NCBI GenBank assembly: GCA_964510925.1 | Contig: CAZEDS010000003.1 | Location: 19,281 to 83,280 of the forward strand | Direction of reading: 5' to 3' | DNA length: 64,000 nt | Origin: an uncultured Candidatus Saccharibacteria bacterium | Lineage (GTDB): Bacteria; Patescibacteriota; WWE3; 2-01-FULL-39-13 | Shown: positions 39,333 through 49,498 of the stretch, one piece after another | How positions within the stretch are numbered: the stretch's first letter is position 1 | Layout: each line of letters begins with the position of its first letter | Made by a program: the position numbers and the translations under genes | The notes under the pieces: generated by a model | What the model saw: the letters and a program-made list of their open reading frames with translations, nothing else | What the model was told of the DNA's origin: nothing | Database searches by the model: none

Positions 39333-40819
39333 TAATAATCGGCTCCGGGATTGGTGGACTCGGAACAGCATGCATCCTAGGTAAAGCGGGGTATGATGTA
39401 ACTATTTTAGAAAAAAATTCAAAAATAGGTGGACGTGCAAACATATTTGAAGCAAATGGATTCCGTTTTGATATGGGACCTTCATGGTATCTAATGCCGG
39501 ATGTTTTTGAGCATTTTTTTAAACTTGTTGGAGAAAAAATAGAAGATTATTTAGATTTGCAAAAATTAGACCCTTCATACCGGATTGTATTTACTGATTC
39601 AGGAAAAGTAGTCGAAATGAAATCGAACATCACCGAAGATATAAAAATATTCGAAGAACTTGAACCTGGATCGAGCGAAGTATTAAAAAATTACCTCGAA
39701 CAGTCAAAGTTACAATACGAAATTGCAATCGCCCGATTCATGTACAAAAATTATAATTCAATAAAAGATTTTTTATCCTGGGAAATGATGACTCAAGGTA
39801 GAAAACTCTCTGTATTTTCTCGAATGCAAACTTATGTTGAGAAATTTTTTAAAACTGATTATGTACAAAAAATAATGCAGTATCAACTAGTATTTCTAGG
39901 TAGTTCCCCTTATAACACTCCGGCCTTATACAATATTATGAGCCATATTGATTTCAATATGGGTGTATTTTATCCTAAAGGCGGAATTTACGAGATTATT
40001 CGTGCTCTGGAAAAAATCACGAAAAAATATAATGTCACAATAAAAACAAACTCTGAAGTAAGCCAAATACTAATAGAAAAAGGTAGGGCAACAGCTGTCA
40101 TTTTAGAGAATGGAGAAAAAATTACAGCTGACATTGTTATTTCAAATGCAGATATTCATCATACCGAAACTAAATTATTACCGGAAAAAGCAAGAACATC
40201 TGATGAAAATTATTGGAAAAAGAAAACTTTAGCACCTTCCGCATTCATAATGTATTTAGGAATTAACAAAAAATACCCTGATCTCAGACATCATATGCTT
40301 ATGTTTTCAAAAGATTGGAAAAAAAACTTCTCAGAAATTTTTGACGATCCTGCCTGGCCAGAAGATCCATCTTATTATGTTTGCGCACCTAGTGTTACAG
40401 ATAAAACGGTAGCACCTGAAGGCAAAGAAAACTTATTTGTATTAGTACCGATAGCTCCTGGTTTAGAAGATACAGATGAAATACGAGAAGAATACTCAAA
40501 CAAAATTATTAAAATGCTCGAAAAACATCTGCTTTTAAAAGATTTAAATAAACATATAGAATATAAAAGAATTTATTGTATTCGAGATTTCGCAACCGAC
40601 TATAATAGCTATAAAGGAAGTGCACTCGGTCTAGCACATACACTCATGCAAACAGCAATTTTCAGACCCGATACAAAAAGTAAAAAGGTTGAAAATCTTT
40701 TTTATGTCGGTGCAAACACTAATCCCGGAATTGGTATGCCTATATGTTTAATTTCCGCAGAGCTCGTTTATAAAAGAATAATTGGAGATAAGTCTTCGGG
40801 CCCACTAGATCCTTTGTAG
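39299..40819 (+). CDS. crtI: Phytoene desaturase
   Basis: IIGSGIGGL, FDMGPSW, YPKGG, VGANTNPGIGMP. Confidence 0.92.
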   Translation: MHNNNKTNNKVIIIGSGIGGLGTACILGKAGYDVTILEKNSKIGGRANIFEANGFRFDMGPSWYLMPDVFEHFFKLVGEKIEDYLDLQKLDPSYRIVFTDSGKVVEMKSNITEDIKIFEELEPGSSEVLKNYLEQSKLQYEIAIARFMYKNYNSIKDFLSWEMMTQGRKLSVFSRMQTYVEKFFKTDYVQKIMQYQLVFLGSSPYNTPALYNIMSHIDFNMGVFYPKGGIYEIIRALEKITKKYNVTIKTNSEVSQILIEKGRATAVILENGEKITADIVISNADIHHTETKLLPEKARTSDENYWKKKTLAPSAFIMYLGINKKYPDLRHHMLMFSKDWKKNFSEIFDDPAWPEDPSYYVCAPSVTDKTVAPEGKENLFVLVPIAPGLEDTDEIREEYSNKIIKMLEKHLLLKDLNKHIEYKRIYCIRDFATDYNSYKGSALGLAHTLMQTAIFRPDTKSKKVENLFYVGANTNPGIGMPICLISAELVYKRIIGDKSSGPLDPL

Positions 40820-41662
40820 CAAAATATAAAGGAATAAAATCATTCCACAAATAGTATTCAAGTATGGAAAATACTTATATAAAGATAGAAGTGCTTCATT
40901 GCCATGTGTTTTCATTGATAAAAACATTAAAACTCCATATGGAACAAATAGAATATATGCGATAAATCCGATCACATATGAGGAAATAATCGCTGAGCCC
41001 AGATATAAAACAAAACACCAGATTAGCGTTGGCGTTTTTCTTAATAAAGTAGCACTGGTTTTTAATCCTGCTTGTTTATCTGATTCAATGTCCGGAACCG
41101 CAGAGTACGCATGCATAGCCATTACCCATAAAATACCAGCTATAACCAGAAAATAATTAAGATCAGTTCCACCAAGCGCAAAATATACAGAAATCGCAGG
41201 TAAAATATACAAGACATTAAATATGGAATCTAAAAAGGGGATTGCTTTTGCTCGAATAGGTTTTAACGAATAAAAAATTGAGAAAAACCAAAACAATAAG
41301 AGTTGAATAATAGAATTAAAAGGCAGATAAAAAACAAGTAAAAGAAAAGGCAAATTAGTGAATACAATCATTTTAATTAAAGCTTTTACCTGTTGTGACT
41401 CCAGCAAATTTTCGTAAGTTCCTTTTTTAAAGTTAAATGCATCTGTATCCCTATCTGCAATATCATTAACTCCATATATAAGCAGATTTACCGGATATGT
41501 TAGATACAATATTAAAAATAGGATAGGTACTGGAAATGAAAGACTCGCTAAAGCTGAAAAATCCACCAAAGAAGCTAATACTAATAATACTGGGCCTATT
41601 ATATAAATCCAAAATCTTGGACGGCTTACGTCTAAATATATCTTCAGCTTTGGATACATCAT
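40805..41662 (-). CDS. crtEb: UbiA-family lycopene elongase (CrtEb/LyeJ-like)
   Basis: VSRPRFW, NLLIYGVNDIADRDTD..N.KKG, YS..PIRAK..PFLDS, MHAYSAVPDIESD. Confidence 0.85.
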   Translation of the reverse strand: MMYPKLKIYLDVSRPRFWIYIIGPVLLVLASLVDFSALASLSFPVPILFLILYLTYPVNLLIYGVNDIADRDTDAFNFKKGTYENLLESQQVKALIKMIVFTNLPFLLLVFYLPFNSIIQLLLFWFFSIFYSLKPIRAKAIPFLDSIFNVLYILPAISVYFALGGTDLNYFLVIAGILWVMAMHAYSAVPDIESDKQAGLKTSATLLRKTPTLIWCFVLYLGSAIISSYVIGFIAYILFVPYGVLMFLSMKTHGNEALLSLYKYFPYLNTICGMILFLYILLQRI

Positions 41663-41678
41663 ATAATTATATTAATTA

Positions 41679-42419
41679 ATGTTATCTTTATCATATCTAT
41701 CTAAAGCAATTACAGCAATATTAATAGCGATACCGGCTTTTTTTATGGTTTTTTTTGAGGATTTGCCGACACCAAGTTTTTTACCAGTTTTATTAATACT
41801 AGTTTTAGCCGCTCCGACACTGATCAATTTTATAGAATCACAAAGTAGATATAAAGCTCTAGCGGTATATTTACTATTTACTATAATCGCAATATCAATC
41901 GAGTTGATTGGAGTAAGGACAGGGTTTCCTTATGGGAATTTTCATTACAGTGACCTTCTTCCATTAAAAGTAGCAGGTGAAGTTCCTGTTACACTATCAC
42001 TTACATTTGTTCCTCTATTAATCGGCGCTTTCGCAATATCACAAAAAATTTCAAATAATAAACTAACCAGAATAATTTTAACGACAGTATTTCTACTTTT
42101 AGCTGATTTAGTTTTGGATCCCGGAGCAGTACACGTTAATTTGTGGACATTTGAACAAAATGGATTTTATTATAATGTTCCATTCAGTAACTATTTAGGA
42201 TGGATATTTTCAGGTTTGATTTTTTCAGTGTTATGCGCAATATTTTTAAACGAAGTAAATTTTAACCACAAAAAAATAACATTTACATACGTGGCAACAG
42301 TTTGGTATTGGACCATAGCTTGTCTTTCTGCGGGTTTAGTCATTCCAGTGATAGTAGGATTGTCCTTACTTATTTATTTAGAATTTAGCAGAAACTCAAA
42401 TCTATATGTTAAATTTTAG
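41679..42419 (+). CDS. cruF: Carotenoid hydratase, CruF-like (DUF422)
   Basis: ELIGVRTGFPYG.FHYS, DLVLDPGAV, YYNVPFSNYLGW. Confidence 0.82.
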   Translation: MLSLSYLSKAITAILIAIPAFFMVFFEDLPTPSFLPVLLILVLAAPTLINFIESQSRYKALAVYLLFTIIAISIELIGVRTGFPYGNFHYSDLLPLKVAGEVPVTLSLTFVPLLIGAFAISQKISNNKLTRIILTTVFLLLADLVLDPGAVHVNLWTFEQNGFYYNVPFSNYLGWIFSGLIFSVLCAIFLNEVNFNHKKITFTYVATVWYWTIACLSAGLVIPVIVGLSLLIYLEFSRNSNLYVKF

Positions 42420-42802
42420 ATATGATCAGCACAAATTTACAGCGAAGAATTAAACTATGTTTAATGAATATGGGGGTTTATTTATCTTTACAAGGATATA
42501 TTTACTATTTTCAAGGTTATAACTTTTTCAAGATCTGCATCAGCGAAATACTTTGTGCACATATAGACCATATTCTGCAAATCCTAACAAACTTACCTTA
42601 CATAATTTACTCTCAAAATCCTAAATTCCCATATCATGCGACATTTAGCTATAAAATGATCATATTTAATATGTTTGCTAACACATTAATTTTTTTCATA
42701 CTATTAACAATTGAAGATCTCACAAAGCCTACCAAATACAAGAATATATAAAATAAACCTAAAAAATAGTACTGGTGGATGGTATAATTTCTAACATTGT
42801 AT

Positions 42803-42878
42803 GCACCAGTAGCTCAGTGGATAGAGCAACTGCCTTCTAAGCAGTAGGTCGCAGGTTCGATCCCTGCCTGGTGCACCA
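42803..42878 (+). tRNA. tRNA-Arg(TCT)
   Basis: GCACCAG...ACTGC-CT-TCT-AA-GCAGT...CTGGTGCACCA. Confidence 0.95.
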
Positions 42879-42997
42879 TATTACTTATAAACCTCCTTTT
42901 AAAAATAAATTTAAATGCCAAATAAGCAAAATGCAGAGAGGGAATACTCTAACTATGACATTTGCCCACCGCAAAAACTTTTGCTAGACTCCGTTTA

Positions 42998-43675
42998 ATG
43001 CCAATAGATACTGATAAACAATTTAAACTGTTTTTGCTTCCATTTTTGTACTTTTATATGCTTTCATTCGGACTAATAGCCGTATCATCGTACTTATTAG
43101 TTAGAAATGTTTCACCTACAAAAATTAATGCGAGCACTGGAATACAAAACAAAATCCAAGTTCAGCTTTCACCAAAAATCAAAACAATAAAATCAGACAC
43201 ATCTACCGAAAAAAATTTTTGTAACTTAGAGTCAGCAGGAAAAATCGACAAGTTTTTTCGCTTAAAAAACGCACCATTAGCAGGTCATGGATGCGATTTT
43301 GATATTCACGGTCAAGAAAACGAAGTTGATGGTGCAATGGTTGCATCGATCGCCTGGTGCGAGAGCAATGGTGGAAAAACCACCCCTCAATTTGGTAACA
43401 AGGAATCGTTTAATGCTTGGGGCTGGGCTGTATTTGATAGCAATGACACAACAAAAAATGTAGATGGATATTCATGCGATAGCTGGGAACACTGCATAGG
43501 TCGTGTTACACGAGGCATTTCAAGAAACGCAAATAAAAGGGATATAACCACTTCGCCAGAAGACACAGTGACTTGGTACAACCCAGGCTCAATTGATAGG
43601 GCAGGCGGAATTTTAGCAAATTCAACTTGGCTAAAATGTGTGAATAACACTAAAAAAATGATCGAAAATATTTAG
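42998..43675 (+). CDS. Membrane-anchored lysozyme/glucosaminidase-like protein
   Basis: TM, then MVASIAWCESNGG, NAWGW, YNP. Start set at ATG 42998. Confidence 0.7.
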   Translation: MPIDTDKQFKLFLLPFLYFYMLSFGLIAVSSYLLVRNVSPTKINASTGIQNKIQVQLSPKIKTIKSDTSTEKNFCNLESAGKIDKFFRLKNAPLAGHGCDFDIHGQENEVDGAMVASIAWCESNGGKTTPQFGNKESFNAWGWAVFDSNDTTKNVDGYSCDSWEHCIGRVTRGISRNANKRDITTSPEDTVTWYNPGSIDRAGGILANSTWLKCVNNTKKMIENI

Positions 43676-43766
43676 GGACAGATCTCTATTTTTCATAAAC
43701 GCACATATCGCTTATTACTACTCACTTTTTTGAGGATGGATTAAAATATCTATACACAAAAAACTT

Positions 43767-43811
43767 CAAGGTCGCACCTTTTAAGGTCTGACCTTAAAAG
43801 GTGCGACCTTG
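43767..43811. repeat. 45-bp palindrome built from three REP-like hairpins
   Basis: CAAGGTCGCACCTTTTAAGGTC-T-GACCTTAAAAGGTGCGACCTTG; perfect 22-bp arms. Confidence 0.85.
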
Positions 43812-43896
43812 CCGGGATGGTGAAATGGCAGACACGCAGTGTTCAGAACGCTGTATCCGCAAGGATGTGGAGGTTCAAGTCCTCTTCCCGGCACCA
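43811..43896 (+). tRNA. tRNA-Leu(CAG)
   Basis: GCCGGGA...CAGTG-TT-CAG-AA-CGCTG...TCCCGGCACCA. Confidence 0.95.
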
Positions 43897-43995
43897 AGTT
43901 GTTCACGAATACCATGAGTGATTACAACTTGGGGTGTCACGCAGTGACCACCAATTTCTTATGAACGTAGTGAATTAGAAATTGGGGTACTCGTA
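43892..43995 (+). repeat. tRNA-Leu-anchored hairpin array, locus 3
   Basis: Units at 43892 (57 nt) and 43949; the latter matches 36923-36969 at 45/47 nt. Confidence 0.85.
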
Positions 43996-44072
43996 AAACT
44001 TAAACCTATACATCTGTTTTGAACTCTACCCCAAAATCAAGTAGAATACGTAAGTAATTTATTGATATAAAT

Positions 44073-45131
44073 ATGTTTAAAATTAAAAAGCTGTATATAG
44101 TAATTATTGTGTTGGTAGCAATTGGTCTGATTTATTATTTTTTCTTTAATGAAAAATCTGTATCTGTAAAACGAATACAAACCACAAACGTAAAAGTGTT
44201 AAAAAGCGTTTCTGCAGATGGAACAATAGAATCAAATAGCAAAACAGATCTTTCTTTTGGAGCGACAGGAAAAATACTTTCCATAAATGTTCAAAAATAT
44301 GACACAGTTATAAAAGGCCAATTACTAGCAACGCTAGATCAATCAAGTTATCAAAACACTGTGCAGTCATATAAAGACGCAAGAGATATTACATTACGAA
44401 ACAGAGATTTATTTATTTCTAAGTATAGAGATCAAGACTCAAGAAATTCGCTTGGAGGTGAAGAAGAGTATCAAATCAGCCTAAGAAAAGAGAACGAACT
44501 AGTCAGCCAAGCACAAGCCGCCTATAATGCACAACTTTCTGGATATAAAAATCTTACAATCAAAGCTCCTTTTGCTGGAGTCATCGTTGTATCAGACAAA
44601 AAACCTGGAGAAACGGCAACAATCGGTCAAACTATATTTAAATTAGTAGATCTTAATAACCTTTATTTTGAAGCATTTCTAGACCAAGAAGATTTTGGCG
44701 CTCTAAAACAAGGGCAAAATGCCGAAATAACACTTGATGCATATGCTGATCAGGAACCAATGTCAGGTACTATTTCAGAACTCCCAAAAATCATCGAGGA
44801 TGGACGCACTAATTTTTTAATAAAAATTCCATTCAATCCAAACGGAAAAAACATCGCATATGGAATGAGCGGTGAAGCACGAATCATCGTTGATGAAACA
44901 CCAAAAGAAGTACAAGCTTTATCTTTTGATATCTTATTTGAAGATGATGTAAGTAAAAAAATGTATGTTTGGATTTTAGAAAATGGAAAGCTACAAAAAA
45001 AATATGTGCAAATTGGCTTAGAAGGTGATTTTTACACTGAAATTAAAGATGATTTATCTGGATTTGATCTTGTAATGCCTTCAGAAACACCAAAAGAAGA
45101 TATTACAGGTACTAAAGCAAAAATTTTATAA
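44073..45131 (+). CDS. Efflux membrane-fusion protein (MacA-like)
   Basis: N-terminal TM, GKILSINV..YDTV.KGQLLA, IKAPFAG. Confidence 0.9.
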   Translation: MFKIKKLYIVIIVLVAIGLIYYFFFNEKSVSVKRIQTTNVKVLKSVSADGTIESNSKTDLSFGATGKILSINVQKYDTVIKGQLLATLDQSSYQNTVQSYKDARDITLRNRDLFISKYRDQDSRNSLGGEEEYQISLRKENELVSQAQAAYNAQLSGYKNLTIKAPFAGVIVVSDKKPGETATIGQTIFKLVDLNNLYFEAFLDQEDFGALKQGQNAEITLDAYADQEPMSGTISELPKIIEDGRTNFLIKIPFNPNGKNIAYGMSGEARIIVDETPKEVQALSFDILFEDDVSKKMYVWILENGKLQKKYVQIGLEGDFYTEIKDDLSGFDLVMPSETPKEDITGTKAKIL

Positions 45132-45796
45132 TGGTAATCTTAGAGGCCAAAAATATAGTTAAATCATATACAGTAGGAGATCAGCAGATTGATGCCCTAA
45201 AAGGAGTTAACCTTAAAATTGAATCTGGCGAATACACTTCTTTGCTTGGAAAATCTGGCTCAGGAAAATCTACCTTAATGCATATAATTGGATTATTAGA
45301 CACTCCAACGCAAGGTCAAATCATTCTTGGAGGCGAAGATGTTAGCAAACTTCCAGAAAATCAATTAGCTAGAATAAGAAATCAAAAAATAGGATTTGTA
45401 TTTCAATCGTTCAACCTTTTGCAACGTACAACAGCACTTGATAACGTGATCCTTCCATTAAAATACAGCAATGTACCAAGATCTGAATGGCAAAAACTTG
45501 CAGAAGAAAAGCTAACACTGGTTGGTCTTAAAGAAAGAATGTATAACAAATCAAATGAACTTTCTGGTGGGCAAAAACAGAGAGTCGCTATTGCACGTGC
45601 ATTAATAAATGATCCCGAAATTATTCTTGCAGATGAGCCAACAGGAAATCTTGATACCAAAACAGGCGAAGAAATAATCAAAATCTTTGAAGAACTTCAC
45701 GCCAAAGGCAAAACCATAATTATCGTCACACACGATGACGATTTGGCTGAAAAAACAAAAAGAAAAATAGTAATAAGAGATGGTTTAATCGTATAA
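45131..45796 (+). CDS. ABC ATPase (MacB/LolD-like)
   Basis: [27 protein letters not shown]. Confidence 0.95.
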   Translation: MVILEAKNIVKSYTVGDQQIDALKGVNLKIESGEYTSLLGKSGSGKSTLMHIIGLLDTPTQGQIILGGEDVSKLPENQLARIRNQKIGFVFQSFNLLQRTTALDNVILPLKYSNVPRSEWQKLAEEKLTLVGLKERMYNKSNELSGGQKQRVAIARALINDPEIILADEPTGNLDTKTGEEIIKIFEELHAKGKTIIIVTHDDDLAEKTKRKIVIRDGLIV

Positions 45797-45797
45797 A

Positions 45798-46979
45798 ATG
45801 TTAATTTCAGAAATTTTTAGAACAGCATATACCGCACTAGTTTCAAATAAAGTTAGATCTGCATTAACAATGTTGGGAGTAATTATAGGAGTTGCTGCAG
45901 TTATCCTTTTGATATCCATTGGAAAAGGTGTCCAAAATTTTATTACGGATCAGTTTGATGCACTTGGTTCAAATTTAGTTTTTGTTTCTCCAGGCAACAG
46001 AAGTTTTGGTGGCGATCCTGCTTTAGCATTTAGCAGAAACAAACTTGATGAAAAACACGTAAATATAATTGAGCGATATGCATCCGAAACTGTTCAATAT
46101 ATCACCCCAAATCTCGCAAGTAATGCAACCGTAAAATATAAAAATAAATCTTTTACCTCAAGTATTTATGGTAATAACGAGAATGCATTAAATGTTTTTA
46201 ATTTTGAGCTAGACAAAGGAAGATTTTTTTCAAGAAACGAAGTTCGCTCAAATGCAAAAGTTATAGTTCTTGGTCCAACAATTGCATCAGATCTATTTGG
46301 ATCACGAAACCCAATTGGCGAAAAAATAAAAGTTAAAGATGACACATACGAAATCATAGGTATTTTAAAAACCAAAGGCAGAAGCTTCGATAACACAGCA
46401 TTAGCTCCATATACATCCATAAAAGACACGCTAGAGATCAAAAATTATTCAAGCATTGTTATGAAATCATACAAAGATGTAAGCACCGATACGACTATGA
46501 GACAAGTCAAAAATGCTGTATTACGAGATTTAAATGAAGATGAATTCACAGTTATGTCTCAGCAAGATATCTTATCTTCAATCCAGAATATCTTACAGAT
46601 GTTAACACTAGGTCTTGGTGCAATTGCCGCAATTTCGCTATTAGTAGGTGGTATTGGAATCATGAATATTATGTTAGTTTCAGTCACCGAAAGAACACGT
46701 GAAATCGGGTTAAGAAAAGCAATCGGGGCAACACCAAACGAAATTGCTTCACAATTTTTGATCGAATCAATATTGCTAAGTATCTTAGGTGGATCTATTG
46801 GAATAATTATAGGTTGGTTAAGCTCATTAGGCGCTAGGGCCTTCTTAAGAACTGAAGTACCATGGTGGGCAGTTTTGATAGCCTTTTCATTTGCTGCCTT
46901 AGTAGGTATAATTTTCGGGACGTATCCGGCAATAAAAGCAAGTAAAAAAGATCCGATAGAAGCTTTACGTTATGAGTAG
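45798..46979 (+). CDS. ABC permease (MacB/FtsX-like)
   Basis: RSALTMLGVIIG, GGIGIMNIMLVSVTERTREIG, DPIEALRYE. Confidence 0.95.
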   Translation: MLISEIFRTAYTALVSNKVRSALTMLGVIIGVAAVILLISIGKGVQNFITDQFDALGSNLVFVSPGNRSFGGDPALAFSRNKLDEKHVNIIERYASETVQYITPNLASNATVKYKNKSFTSSIYGNNENALNVFNFELDKGRFFSRNEVRSNAKVIVLGPTIASDLFGSRNPIGEKIKVKDDTYEIIGILKTKGRSFDNTALAPYTSIKDTLEIKNYSSIVMKSYKDVSTDTTMRQVKNAVLRDLNEDEFTVMSQQDILSSIQNILQMLTLGLGAIAAISLLVGGIGIMNIMLVSVTERTREIGLRKAIGATPNEIASQFLIESILLSILGGSIGIIIGWLSSLGARAFLRTEVPWWAVLIAFSFAALVGIIFGTYPAIKASKKDPIEALRYE

Positions 46980-47007
46980 TTTTAGAATTCAATAGTTAAA
47001 AATCAAA

Positions 47008-47895
47008 ATGGATTTAAAAATAAATATAAAAAAAGAACCAAAGAACACGTACAAAATTGAAGTTTCAGTTCCAAAAGATGTTGTAAAAAAATACTTGGAC
47101 GAAGCTTTAGAGCACGAAGCAAGTCACCTTGAAGTTAAAGGCTTTAGAAAAGGAACTGTTCCAGCTGCAGTCGCAAAAGACTTTATTGATCATTCAGCAT
47201 TAAGAAGTCATGCGCTTAACCATATGTTGCCAGAAGTATTCACAAGAATTATCAAAGAAAACAAACTAAACCCAATCATTGGGCCAAGAGTTGAGCTTAA
47301 AAAGTTTGAAAATGATGAAGATCTAGAATTAGACATAACAATTGTCGAAAAACCTGAAATAAAAATAGGTGACTACAAAAAATTATTACAAGAGAAATTC
47401 GCAAAAAAATCCGTCAAAGATATCATCGAAGTTGCTGGAGATACAACTCCAAAAGCAGAAAAATCTAGCGAATTTACATCACAAGATGCAATTCAAGTAA
47501 TTTTGGAAGCATCAGAAGTCGAAATCGCAGACTTAATCGTACAAGAAGAAGTCGCACGAATGATGACAAGCTTAATTGATCAAACAGCTCAACTCGGAAT
47601 TTCAATCGAGCAATACGCTGAAGCACACAAAAAAAATGTACAACAAATCAGAGATGAATATACAAAAGCAGCTCAAGATTTAATCAAAGCCGATTTTGCA
47701 TTAACAGAAATTGCTAAATCCGAAAATGTTACTGTCGACGACGAAGAAATCGAAAAATTAATAAGCGAAGTACCAGATAAACAGTCAAAAGATGCATTGA
47801 ATAATCCAGAGCAAAAGATGTACATTAAAGCAGTTTTAATAAAAAACAAAGCTTTAGAACGTTTAGTAGAAATTGCTAAATCAAAAAATAATTAG
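47008..47895 (+). CDS. tig: Trigger factor lacking the PPIase domain
   Basis: GFRKG ribosome-binding motif; only 295 aa; upstream of clpP. Confidence 0.88.
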   Translation: MDLKINIKKEPKNTYKIEVSVPKDVVKKYLDEALEHEASHLEVKGFRKGTVPAAVAKDFIDHSALRSHALNHMLPEVFTRIIKENKLNPIIGPRVELKKFENDEDLELDITIVEKPEIKIGDYKKLLQEKFAKKSVKDIIEVAGDTTPKAEKSSEFTSQDAIQVILEASEVEIADLIVQEEVARMMTSLIDQTAQLGISIEQYAEAHKKNVQQIRDEYTKAAQDLIKADFALTEIAKSENVTVDDEEIEKLISEVPDKQSKDALNNPEQKMYIKAVLIKNKALERLVEIAKSKNN

Positions 47896-47915
47896 TTTAA
47901 AGGAAGGAAAACATT

Positions 47916-48506
47916 ATGCCATTAATTCCAATGGTAATAGAACCAGATCCAAAAGGTTACGAGCGCTCATATGATATTTATTCAAGATTATTAAAAGATA
48001 GAATAATCTTTTTAGGTAGTGCAATTGATTCAGATACCGCAAACACTGTCATTGCACAGCTTTTGTTCTTAGAAGCAGACGATCCTAAAAAAGATATTTC
48101 ACTATATATAAATTCTCCAGGCGGAAGCGTTTATAGTGGACTTGCGATCTACGACACAATGAAACATATCAAACCAGACGTATCAACAATCTGTATTGGT
48201 ATGGCAGCATCGATGGCATCATTGATACTTGCAGCAGGTGCAAACGGAAAAAGATACATTCTTCCAAATTCATTAGTCATGATCCACCAACCATTAATCA
48301 TGGGAGAAGGCTTATCAGGTCAAACTACAGACATTGAAATTCATGCAAAAGAAATGATCAGATTAAAAGATTTATCTATCGAACTCTTAGCAAAAGATAG
48401 CGGAACACCTTCAAAAAAGGTTGCTCAAGATATTGAGCGTGATTATCACATGACCGCACAAGAAGCCTTAAAGTACGGAATTGTAGATAAGATTTTAAAA
48501 AAGTAA
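47916..48506 (+). CDS. clpP: Clp protease proteolytic subunit
   Basis: [30 protein letters not shown]. Confidence 0.98.
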   Translation: MPLIPMVIEPDPKGYERSYDIYSRLLKDRIIFLGSAIDSDTANTVIAQLLFLEADDPKKDISLYINSPGGSVYSGLAIYDTMKHIKPDVSTICIGMAASMASLILAAGANGKRYILPNSLVMIHQPLIMGEGLSGQTTDIEIHAKEMIRLKDLSIELLAKDSGTPSKKVAQDIERDYHMTAQEALKYGIVDKILKK

Positions 48507-48585
48507 CTAGCATCGTTACACTACGTGACTACATATTGTTGACGTAGTAAAATTCATCCGTGAGCAAATTTGCTTACGGATTATC

Positions 48586-48662
48586 GGGAGGTTAGCTCAG
48601 CTGGCTAGAGCGTTACATTGACATTGTAAAGGTCATAGGTTCAAGTCCTATACCTCCCACCA
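48586..48662 (+). tRNA. tRNA-Val(GAC)
   Basis: GGGAGGT...TTACA-TT-GAC-AT-TGTAA...ACCTCCCACCA. Confidence 0.95.
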
Positions 48663-48664
48663 TT

Positions 48665-49417
48665 TTAAATAAATTTTTCATTTGGGTGATTAGCCATCCA
48701 TAAAACTTTTAACTCCGCATATTTTTGCACCAAGTCAATATAATCACTAGCATTTGCAGAGTTATTTGATATTGCGTGTTCGCCTTTTTTCAAAAAGTTC
48801 TCAATATTTGTATATAGTCTTTTATATCTAGGATTACTTAAAGGTTCTTTTCTCGATAAAAAAAGTTGCAAATGACTCGAATGATTATCCTGATTCTCTT
48901 TTCGTGCTGGACGAGCAGTTCTTTGATAATAAATATCACTTACAATCATTCGATTAGCAATACGAGGTATAAGCTTATCTGTCTCCAATGCCATTTTTTG
49001 AATAATTTTATTTTGAATAGATATAGATGAATCAAGTTTTGAAGTCCCATTAAGAGCAGCATCAAGTGTACTCATAAAAATTTTGAATTGATCTAAAAAC
49101 CCTGCATCCATTATCTGAGTAAATTCTTGAGTAAGTTCAACCCCTCGAAACGGATCTCGAGATGTGTGCATAGCAGGAATCGTAAATTTTTTTACTGATT
49201 CTAATACATTGTCGTGTAGTGATGATAAATCGATAGGATCATCAATTTGAAGGGTTGATTTATAATCCCTCGCCAGATATGCAAATAAATATGCTTGTAA
49301 AATATTATCTCCTTGCGAATGATGAAAAGATTTATATAAATCAGTAATAGCAAAGTCAGTTAAAATTGACAGACGATCATCTAAAACTGATTCATTTTCA
49401 ATAATTGTTGTAATCAT
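48665..49417 (-). CDS. Hypothetical protein
   Basis: 250-aa ORF, no recognisable motif. Confidence 0.6.
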   Translation of the reverse strand: MITTIIENESVLDDRLSILTDFAITDLYKSFHHSQGDNILQAYLFAYLARDYKSTLQIDDPIDLSSLHDNVLESVKKFTIPAMHTSRDPFRGVELTQEFTQIMDAGFLDQFKIFMSTLDAALNGTSKLDSSISIQNKIIQKMALETDKLIPRIANRMIVSDIYYQRTARPARKENQDNHSSHLQLFLSRKEPLSNPRYKRLYTNIENFLKKGEHAISNNSANASDYIDLVQKYAELKVLWMANHPNEKFI

Positions 49418-49498
49418 TTAGCTATATTTTATATTAAAAAGCTAGAAATGTTCTTGATTTAACTTTCTCAAACAACTATTCTGATAAAGGGCTAATTA

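Noticed and set aside
42422-42751. 109-aa ORF after cruF as a possible carotenoid cyclase
   Set aside because: No cyclase-like motif in the frames I read; may be spurious or decayed DNA.
42815-42900. AAGGAGG plus ATG on the minus strand reading into tRNA-Arg(TCT)
   Set aside because: Gives only the generic antisense-tRNA peptide, SD spacing is long, and there is no clear promoter.
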